Source: Patescibacteria group bacterium (GTDB lineage Bacteria > Patescibacteriota > Minisyncoccia > Phycocordibacterales > UBA918). From it: DNA of 64,000 nucleotides. The notes below the pieces were generated by a model, which did not search any database, was not told the DNA's origin, and saw nothing but the letters and a program-made list of their open reading frames with translations. Of this stretch, positions 10,047 to 17,316 are shown piece by piece. The stretch's first letter is position 1. Each line of letters begins with the position of its first letter. A program made the translations under genes and the position numbers. Location of the stretch: contig JAIELQ010000007.1 of the NCBI GenBank assembly GCA_019752815.1, positions 115,728-179,727 of the forward strand, in the 5' to 3' direction.

Positions 10047-11162
10047 ATGAAATGGTTCGTCCCTTTCTTTCAACTACTAGCCGTAGTCATTATATTTGGT
10101 AGTGAAGTACATGCGCAGATTGAAACTGTTGGTGTGGCAACTACTACTATCACGTTAAGTATTTGTGGAAACAGTCTGGTTGATTCATCAGAAGACTGTG
10201 ATGTTCCTGGCGAAACTGGTGTCTATAGTACAACTATCGTTGGTAGACAATGTACCCCAACGTGTAAATTTGGTCCGTATTGTGGTGATGGTATTTTGCA
10301 GACCCAATTTACTGAAGAGTGTGACGACGGCAATAACACGAGTCTCGATTTCTGTTCTGCTACCTGCAAAATTGAACCAGCTGGCTCCGGTGGAGGGGGA
10401 AGTTCAGGCGGAGGTGGCGGGTCTGGCGGTGGTGAGCGCGATCTTGGTGACACCCAGATTAGTGTGACTGGTATCGGGTATCCAAGTCAGACGATAAACT
10501 TTTTGCTCGATACAAAATCTATTGGTTCGGTACGAGCCAATAGTTCAGGTCGTTTTGAGTTTGCGGCCGATGCGTCTCCGGGAACAGCTACATTAGGTGT
10601 ATGGGCTGTAGATTCCGCTGGTAAACGTTCTATTACGCTCAATAACACCTTTGACGTCACTCAGGGCGCAGTTACGAACGTGAGTGGTCTTATCTTGCCA
10701 CCGACCATTTCAGTAGCCAACCCAAATGTTATTCCAGGCAGTATTATTGCTATTACCGGGCAAAGTATTCCATCAGTAAAAGTTGATGTGCACTTTAATA
10801 ACAGTGAAATCGTTGAGTCGGTCACGAGTGGAGCTGACGGTAAATATACATTAAATTTTAATTCTACTCGTTTGCGTAACGCTGAATACACCATCAAAGC
10901 TCGTTCCGTCTCAGGTGTGGCACCACTATTAACACAAAGTAGTTTCAGTACATCACTTCAACTTTTTGTCGGTGTTGATGGGCGAGCCACCTCACCATCA
11001 GACCTTAGTCGTGATGGAAAAGTTAACCTAGTAGACTTCTCGATTTTGATCTTCTGGTGGCAAACCGCCGGCGGTGATTCTAATCCACCAGCTGACATTA
11101 ACGGTAATGGTCGGGTGAGTTTGGAAGACTTTTCTATCCTCCTCTTTAACTGGACCGGCTAG
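10047..11162 (+). CDS. Secreted protein: Myxococcus-type cysteine-rich repeat, Gly/Ser linker, Ig-like domains, C-terminal dockerin-like double repeat
   Basis: Signal peptide. Cysteine-rich motif CGDGILQTQFTEECDDGNNTSLDFCSATCKIE (the CGxG..EECDDGN..CSxTC pattern). Linker GSGGGGSSGGGGGSGGGE. C-terminal DLSRDGKVNLVDFSILIF and DINGNGRVSLEDFSILLFNW match the Ca-binding DxNxDGxVNxxD dockerin pattern. Confidence 0.65.
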   Translation: MKWFVPFFQLLAVVIIFGSEVHAQIETVGVATTTITLSICGNSLVDSSEDCDVPGETGVYSTTIVGRQCTPTCKFGPYCGDGILQTQFTEECDDGNNTSLDFCSATCKIEPAGSGGGGSSGGGGGSGGGERDLGDTQISVTGIGYPSQTINFLLDTKSIGSVRANSSGRFEFAADASPGTATLGVWAVDSAGKRSITLNNTFDVTQGAVTNVSGLILPPTISVANPNVIPGSIIAITGQSIPSVKVDVHFNNSEIVESVTSGADGKYTLNFNSTRLRNAEYTIKARSVSGVAPLLTQSSFSTSLQLFVGVDGRATSPSDLSRDGKVNLVDFSILIFWWQTAGGDSNPPADINGNGRVSLEDFSILLFNWTG

Positions 11163-11370
11163 AACTTCCAAAAATGGCACATTGCGTTGTCGCTGCTGCG
11201 GTACATTTTCCTCCACCGTACAGCGGTACGTTTCCAGAAAATGTCCTTGCTTCTTACAGAAGCTGTCCACTCATTCGGTATTTTTTACAAAATCCCTCAA
11301 TGAGTCTTGAGAAAGCAAAGCAGTTTGCTTTCTCACTCCTAGCACTGCACTCAGTTTTGAAAATTCTACT
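11161..11370. repeat. 3'-UTR repeat family, copy E (long modular form)
   Basis: AACTTCCAAAAATGGCACATTGCGTTGTCGCTGCTGCGGTACATTTTCCTCCACCGTAC-AGCG-GTACG... 5' half matches copy B; internal and 3' modules match copies D and B. Confidence 0.6.
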
Positions 11371-11452
11371 CAACGTGTGATTCTGACGTTTGGTGATATG
11401 CGAGATTTTGTAGTGATTCATTTTTAACTAGACCGGGTAACAATTAATTTTA

Positions 11453-11830
11453 GTTCGAGTCCCTGTCAGGCAGCGAGTAGAAAAGACATTCTTCGGGATG
11501 TTTTTTCGTATCGCTGCCTGACAGGCGCAGCTTTCTGAAAGAAAGCGTCTGCGCGAACTCGAAGCCGTTGCCAGCTCTTTTGAAAAAAGAGCGACAACGG
11601 GTACTGAACATGTAATGTTCGAGTCCCTGTCAGGCAACAATCGGCAGACCACAAATGTGAATACATTTGTGGCCTTTGCCGTTGCTAGTATGACAGGGGC
11701 TCGAAAGACGTAAGCCGGGGCCCCTCTGGGCCGGCGAGTCGGGGTCGAAAGCACTTACTAGAATTGGAACGAAGTGAACAATTTTAGTTATTGACTTGTG
11801 ACCGAGTCCCTGTCAGTCATAAAAAATCGG
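11453..11830. other. Densely structured non-coding block: three direct copies of GTTCGAGTCCCTGTCAGGCA (tRNA T-arm/acceptor 3'-end-like), each with an inverted partner. Several long nested hairpins. Candidate structured ncRNA(s) or att-site remnants.
   Basis: Copies at 11453-11472, 11617-11636 and 11802-11819. Perfect 15-bp inverted repeat 11462-11476/11511-11525. Hairpins at 11525-11554, 11565-11600 and 11621-11705. GC-rich hairpin GCCGGGGCCC-CTCT-GGGCCGGC at 11714-11735. Confidence 0.5.
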
Positions 11831-11900
11831 CTAGGAATTTACTAGTCGAATTCTTTATAATTTGTTATGCTCTGATTAGAAACAGCAAAGGGGTTGCAAG

Positions 11901-12350
11901 ATGACATCTGACAGCCCTTTTGAGGGTAAAATTGTGATTGTGTCGTACACAGAGTGTAATTTAGACACGGAAGACACTGCGTGTCTTGTGTATAGAGTTG
12001 AGCAAGGGAAACTCGTACCGTTACTTGGAGTTCTTGATTTGCCAGACGGCTTGCATTGGCATCGAAATGATTATGATCAATACGATGTTGCGATCGCTGT
12101 CATCAAGAGAACTGGCAGTCTCGAGGTTTTTGTTCCAAACTATTTTATTCCTGGGAAGCAATTTTTTGGTCAAGAGTTTGGATTTGTCGAACTCAGTGAA
12201 GGGCTAAATGATAAAAATGAGATTGAAGAGTGGTGTGAATATGATGGTTTCTTATATAATTGGGAAATGCTCAGATTGCTTGAGGAGCACCAGATTAAAG
12301 TCAGGTATATTGACCCAAAAACGATGCACGTCATTCCAGAAGAAAATTAA
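11901..12350 (+). CDS. Hypothetical cytoplasmic protein
   Basis: 149-aa ORF, no recognisable motifs. Followed by hairpin CGGCAC-GCT-GTGCCG and an AT tract (12353-12380). Confidence 0.45.
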   Translation: MTSDSPFEGKIVIVSYTECNLDTEDTACLVYRVEQGKLVPLLGVLDLPDGLHWHRNDYDQYDVAIAVIKRTGSLEVFVPNYFIPGKQFFGQEFGFVELSEGLNDKNEIEEWCEYDGFLYNWEMLRLLEEHQIKVRYIDPKTMHVIPEEN

Positions 12351-12541
12351 GTCGGCACGCTGTGCCGGCTTATTAATTTTATAATATATAAATCCAAATA
12401 TCGTCCCAGACGGCTAGCACAACAACTTTAGCTACATCTAGAAAAATGTAAAAGTTTAAGTCACCAATTTAAAAATAGAAAACCTGACGAGTATGAGTCG
12501 TCAGGTTTAGTTTTTCTTGTCAGCCATGGATTAATTTCGTT

Positions 12542-13111
12542 CTATAGCCAATCTGAATTCTTTTCGGTCCAGATATCAATCAGGGCCTCTTGATGTCCCA
12601 ATTGTACATAAAGTGTACAGAAGTCAGTGGTTGCCGCCGATTTTGTATCATAGAATCGTTTGACGGAGAAAGAAAAAGTCATAGCCACTTTAGTGTGTGC
12701 TTGAAGTACCGAAATGTATCGACGTGAAGTCTCATGCAAATAGGCTTTGTACTGGAGGGCATCAATACCCCCATACAGTGATATTGGGGTATTGAATGTA
12801 ATGAAATTCATCACAATTGTGATAATCACTGCCGCTGCAAATACTGCGAGAGCACCACCTACTGCCAGTTGCCCAATTTGTCTGAACTCAAAGAAAAAAA
12901 ACAGTCCGCCACACATACACACAATCACACTTGCTATATACGCCGCGATCGTTGCACCAGCCAGTTTCTCTTGGTGGACCAGTAGATAAAATCGCCACCA
13001 AGATTCATGTGCCCGTTGCACAGTATTCTGTGCTCTGGTACGTTCCTGGTACGAGATGGGATTAATGTGCACTTCTGCCAGTAACGAAGCGAGGTCTTTA
13101 TGTATCATCAC
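12542..13111 (-). CDS. Hypothetical membrane protein (2 TM helices)
   Basis: 189-aa ORF with hydrophobic segments AAYIASVIVCMCGGLFFFF and LAVFAAAVIITIVMNFITF. Confidence 0.45.
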   Translation of the reverse strand: MMIHKDLASLLAEVHINPISYQERTRAQNTVQRAHESWWRFYLLVHQEKLAGATIAAYIASVIVCMCGGLFFFFEFRQIGQLAVGGALAVFAAAVIITIVMNFITFNTPISLYGGIDALQYKAYLHETSRRYISVLQAHTKVAMTFSFSVKRFYDTKSAATTDFCTLYVQLGHQEALIDIWTEKNSDWL

Positions 13112-13445
13112 AGTGGAACTCCTAAGAATGAACAGAGAGGCACTTTGCCCCGATGTAACAAAAATACGATATTTTACAAAAAAAGCAATATTGCAAATTT
13201 AAAAAACTAACTTCAAGCTAATTGAAATCTTTACTTTATTTATAAAAATTTATGTAAAAAAGTCCTAACATCGTCCCAAACAGCCAGTAAAAAAATTAGG
13301 TTGACCCGGACAGAGTTCTTTTCTTGAGGGTGGTGATTTATTGGTAAAAATATTTTTCACCTTATTTCGTTTAGATTTAAACCCTTGGTTTTATTGCTTT
13401 GTAATTACTAGAAATGTATATGTAGTGTGCTATTATTTTCAAATT

Positions 13446-14417
13446 ATGTTTATTACAATCGTTTTGTTTGTTGTTGGATTTATTATTTTAGTGAAGGGGG
13501 CGGATATGTTGGTGAGTGGAGCGTCCTCCTTGGCGGCGAGGCTCGGTGTATCGGCGTTGGTTATTGGTTTGACGATTGTCGCGTTCGGCACATCAGCTCC
13601 TGAGCTGATTGTGAACTTGCTTGCGAGTTTGCAAGGAAATACTGATATTGCGATTGGAAATATTTTAGGGAGTAATATTGTAAATATTCTTTTGATCTTG
13701 GGTATTTGTGCAGTGATGTACCCACTCTCAGTAGGAAAAGGCACTACCTGGAAGGAGATTCCCTTTGCGCTCTTAGCTGTTGTAATGTTGGGTTGTTTGG
13801 CTCTTGATCAAATGCTCGGCGGGGCAGAATCTTCACTAATTTCATTTGGTGATGGTTTGGTGCTGATCGGTTTCTTTGCGATATTTTTGTACTATATCTT
13901 TTCGATTGCAAAAGAGGATGCTGGACAGATGGAATCAGTGAAGACTGATGCAGTGCCAGCGCAATCATTAGTACGTTCTGTTACCTTGATTGCTATCGGT
14001 CTATCCGGGTTAGTTATAGGCGGAAAGTGGATTGTCGACGGTGCAGTTTTCTTTGCAACTGCGTTAGGAGTGAGTGAATCATTAATTGGCTTGACGATTG
14101 TGGCTGTAGGTACATCACTGCCTGAACTGGCAACTTCAGTGGCTGCTGTGTATCGACGAAACATTGATATTGCAGTTGGAAACATTGTGGGTTCCAACAT
14201 TTTTAACATATTTTGGATCTTGGGCGTGTCTGCGGTGATTACCCCGCTACCTTTTTCTGAACAATTTACCATTGATCTACTCGTTACATTTGGAGCCACA
14301 CTACTGTTATTCCTGGTCTTATTTGTTGGTCGGAAACATACTATTGAACGTTGGCAGGGAGTCTTGTTTATCGTTCTCTACGTTGCCTATGTCGCATATT
14401 TAATTGGGCGAGGGTAA
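13446..14417 (+). CDS. Ca2+/Na+ antiporter, CaCA family (YrbG-like)
   Basis: Duplicated alpha-repeats GTSAPEL..GNILGSNIVNILLILG and GTSLPEL..GNIVGSNIFNIFWILG. Start reassigned to the internal Met (MFITIVLFVVGFIILVKGADMLVSGAS). The upstream 35 codons of the listed ORF are AT-rich leader. Confidence 0.8.
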   Translation: MFITIVLFVVGFIILVKGADMLVSGASSLAARLGVSALVIGLTIVAFGTSAPELIVNLLASLQGNTDIAIGNILGSNIVNILLILGICAVMYPLSVGKGTTWKEIPFALLAVVMLGCLALDQMLGGAESSLISFGDGLVLIGFFAIFLYYIFSIAKEDAGQMESVKTDAVPAQSLVRSVTLIAIGLSGLVIGGKWIVDGAVFFATALGVSESLIGLTIVAVGTSLPELATSVAAVYRRNIDIAVGNIVGSNIFNIFWILGVSAVITPLPFSEQFTIDLLVTFGATLLLFLVLFVGRKHTIERWQGVLFIVLYVAYVAYLIGRG

Positions 14418-14488
14418 AAGATTAGTCTAAGAAAGTACATAGTACAGAGAATCACTATATCGCCACACTCTTAGTGTTGAGTATGTAA

Positions 14489-14532
14489 AAGCTTCAAGTC
14501 TCGGGAAAGAGAAGTGAAGCTTTTTGTTTTTT
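14489..14532 (+). terminator. Rho-independent terminator
   Basis: AAGCTTCA-(18-nt loop)-TGAAGCTT followed by TTTGTTTTTT. Confidence 0.7.
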
Positions 14533-15031
14533 GTAGTATAAAAAGTCATACCACAGTTATTGGGTGCAGGTTTTAAAGTATAGAAACAATTACAGAACGT
14601 TCATTGGGTTGTATATGAGTGCTGGACAATGTATCTTGCGGGTTATAGTTTTGGTATGACTTAGAGTTATTTTTTTGTTAATTTATTTTTTGCGTTTATG
14701 CTGGTAGTAGTGATCGTGGTTTTTTAAAAAATGATAAATCTTTTTTACTCGTATAGGCTTTGTTTGTGTATAAGTATCTCTAAAAAAAAATCCATCGGGC
14801 TACAATGAGAGGGTACTTGTTTTGGGGGTATCACTTAGGATGCCATAGCTGCTTCACTGTAGCTAAATGACCTTCAGCCGGGAGTTCCGAAACAGGTATG
14901 CTTACGATTCTATATAGGTAATCGGTGTGGAGACCAATTACCGGTATTTATCTTTATGGTAAATAGCTTTTATATACGTCTTTGTACATGTATATGGAGG
15001 CAATGGTAGGCTAATACAACGTAGAGAATAT

Positions 15032-16174
15032 ATGAGTAGAACGAATACCACGTTCGGACTACTCCAAGCTATTGCAGCGATAGCAGCCTTTGCCATACTT
15101 CTATGGTCAATTGGTTTGCCATCATTCCGTTTTGCGGAAGCTGCAAGTGTCACGTCGCTTAGCGACACCCTCTCAGATTCTGCTCCTGCAGTTGGATCTG
15201 ATCACACTATCAACTTTATTACACCAAGTGGTGTAGCAAACGGTAGTACGATTGTTGTAGATTTTTCTGATGGACCATTTGTGGTTGGTTCAGTTAACTT
15301 CACAGACATTGACGTCTTTGATGACGCCACCAGTCTCGATGTTGCTGCAAACTGCTCTGGTACAGAACAAATCGGTGCGTCCTTTTCTGGGTCAGTCCTC
15401 ACACTTGAATTTTGTTCAGGTGATGGCGGATCACTCCCTACATCAGGCACAACGACAATCTTGATTGGTGAAAATGCTGCTGGAGGAAATGCCCAATTAA
15501 CTAACCCATCAGTTGGATCGTATGAAATCAATCTAACCGTTGGAGCAAGTGATATTGGCTCAACTCGAGTAGCGATTATTGCACCAGTTGTAGTGACGGC
15601 TGCTGTGGATACGAGCTTTACCTTTACGGTAGCGGGTCTTCCAGGCGGTACCGATGTGAACTCGTTGGTAACAACAGGGACATCAACTGCAACTGCAATT
15701 GCATTTGGTGCACTGACAGATGGTAATGCATCTTCTGCTGCTCAACGATTAAGTGTTTCAACAAACGCTAGTTATGGTTTTGCAGTAACTGTGCAGGCAG
15801 ATCAACAACTGACTTCGTCAGCCGGAGCAGATATTGATGGATTTATCGACGGTGCATTTACGAATACTCCGGTATCATGGACATCACCAACACCGATAAT
15901 TTCAGATGAAGATACGTGGGGTCACTGGGGTCTAACCACCAATGATGCAACGTTCGGACTCTCTGACCCGTTTGATGTAGGAGGAGCTGGCAATCGTTTT
16001 GTTTCAGCTTCAACTACACCAGTACAGATATTTCGACATGATGGACCAGCTGACGGTACAACCCAAGATATTGGGCGAGCCGATGTGGGTTATCAAGTAG
16101 AAATCTCAGGTTTGCAGGAAGCAGGAACAGATTACACCGCTACGCTGACATACGTAGCAACTCCAGTATTCTAA
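15032..16174 (+). CDS. Secreted/anchored Thr/Ser/Gly-rich surface protein (candidate abundant cell-surface structural protein)
   Basis: N-terminal hydrophobic segment FGLLQAIAAIAAFAILLWSIGL. Low-complexity beta-rich composition. Preceded by a ~600-bp AT-rich leader and followed by a strong terminator. Confidence 0.55.
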   Translation: MSRTNTTFGLLQAIAAIAAFAILLWSIGLPSFRFAEAASVTSLSDTLSDSAPAVGSDHTINFITPSGVANGSTIVVDFSDGPFVVGSVNFTDIDVFDDATSLDVAANCSGTEQIGASFSGSVLTLEFCSGDGGSLPTSGTTTILIGENAAGGNAQLTNPSVGSYEINLTVGASDIGSTRVAIIAPVVVTAAVDTSFTFTVAGLPGGTDVNSLVTTGTSTATAIAFGALTDGNASSAAQRLSVSTNASYGFAVTVQADQQLTSSAGADIDGFIDGAFTNTPVSWTSPTPIISDEDTWGHWGLTTNDATFGLSDPFDVGGAGNRFVSASTTPVQIFRHDGPADGTTQDIGRADVGYQVEISGLQEAGTDYTATLTYVATPVF

Positions 16175-16206
16175 ACGAATAGTGGATCCAAGCTTGGAGT
16201 ACAAGC

Positions 16207-16246
16207 AAAAAACCCTATCTCCCACCACGAGTAGGGTTTTTGCTTT
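16207..16246 (+). terminator. Rho-independent terminator
   Basis: AAAACCCTA-(loop)-TAGGGTTTTT followed by GCTTTGTGT. Confidence 0.65.
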
Positions 16247-16274
16247 GTGTACAAGATCATAAAAGCTCGTAGAT

Positions 16275-17312
16275 ATGGGCTATACTAGAACTACTATGAG
16301 GTATATTTTGTTGGCGGTTGTGTTTCTTGTCTCAGCTTCGATGGTTGAGGCAGCGACACTGTATATGGACCCTAATACAGTCAGTCTTAATCGTGGTGAC
16401 GCTGCTAAAATTTCCATCAGACTCGATACCGACGAGGCAGCGGGTGAGTGTATTAACGCAATTGATGCGGTGATTTCTTATAGTGACAATATTATTCCGG
16501 TTGATATTTCAGTGGGAAAATCTATTTTGCCAATTTGGGTAGAAAATCCAGTCATTAACAAAGAAAATAACACTATTAGTTTTGCTGGTGGTATCCCGAA
16601 TGGGTATTGTGGACGAGTACAAGGAGATCCAAATCTTACCAACACCCTCGTGGAAATTTTTTTTAGAGCACCCGGTATGCAAGTGGGTGGTGGTGAAGCT
16701 CGTTCACAAGCAACAGTGCAATTTACCGATGAAACAACAGCGTATTTAAATGATGGAGCCGGAACACCTGCGAGTTTACAAAAAATTGGTGCTAATTTTA
16801 CGCTCGGCGACAATGTAGGAAGTGAAATTCTCGATCCGTGGAGTGGTGATGTGCAATCAGATGATGCTCCGCCAGAGGAGTTTAGTGCTAGTGTTGAAAT
16901 GATTGATAACAAATGGTTTGTAGTGTTTAACACCACTGATAAACAAACAGGAATCAGTCATTATGAAGTCATTGAAGAAACCTATTCACAATCAAAGCTT
17001 TTTGACTTTGGAGCGGCCACAGCGCCTGGGGTCGAAACACGTAGTCCCCATTTATTAAAAGATCAGTCACGTAACAGTGTTGTCCGGGTACGAGCTATCG
17101 ATAAAGCTGGTAATGAGTATGTAGCTACCGTGCCCGTTGATGAGTCGGCTCGTCGCTTTTCGATTACGCCGGAGCTTATGGTCATGGCAGGTATTGCAAT
17201 TACGGGAGTGCTGATACTACTAGGCCTCGTGTACTGGTTCATCAGACGGCGTAGAGCAAAAAAGAATACGCTTGCTAATTTAGAAGAAAGTGATTCTGGT
17301 GTATTAGAATAA
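16275..17312 (+). CDS. Cohesin-like domain surface protein with C-terminal TM anchor and basic tail
   Basis: Signal peptide, then ATLYMDPNTVSLNRGDAAKISIRLDTDE...AIDAVISYSDNIIPVDISVG..ISFAGGIPNGY (cohesin-like beta-sandwich pattern). C-terminal TM MVMAGIAITGVLILLGLVYWFI plus RRRRAKK. Confidence 0.6.
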   Translation: MGYTRTTMRYILLAVVFLVSASMVEAATLYMDPNTVSLNRGDAAKISIRLDTDEAAGECINAIDAVISYSDNIIPVDISVGKSILPIWVENPVINKENNTISFAGGIPNGYCGRVQGDPNLTNTLVEIFFRAPGMQVGGGEARSQATVQFTDETTAYLNDGAGTPASLQKIGANFTLGDNVGSEILDPWSGDVQSDDAPPEEFSASVEMIDNKWFVVFNTTDKQTGISHYEVIEETYSQSKLFDFGAATAPGVETRSPHLLKDQSRNSVVRVRAIDKAGNEYVATVPVDESARRFSITPELMVMAGIAITGVLILLGLVYWFIRRRRAKKNTLANLEESDSGVLE

Positions 17313-17316
17313 AAAT

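Noticed and set aside
10381-10440. GGCGG-rich tract encoding GSGGGGSSGGGGGSGGGE
   Set aside because: It is a coding low-complexity Gly/Ser linker within ORF 10047..11162, not a tandem-repeat locus.
11428-11754. Minus-strand ORFs of 108 aa and 66 aa in the 11.4-11.8 kb region
   Set aside because: They translate the hairpin-rich, repeat-containing non-coding block (Arg/Cys/Thr-rich nonsense). They have no start context and no conservation.
11453-11819. tRNA genes at the three GTTCGAGTCCCTGTCAGGCA sites
   Set aside because: No upstream T-stem partner (CAGGG) or 5' acceptor/D-arm is present at the correct distances. The sequences are 3'-end-like fragments only.
11453-11819. CRISPR array (three direct repeats)
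   Set aside because: Repeat spacing is 164 and 185 nt and irregular. The 'spacers' themselves contain inverted copies of the repeat, and no cas genes are nearby.
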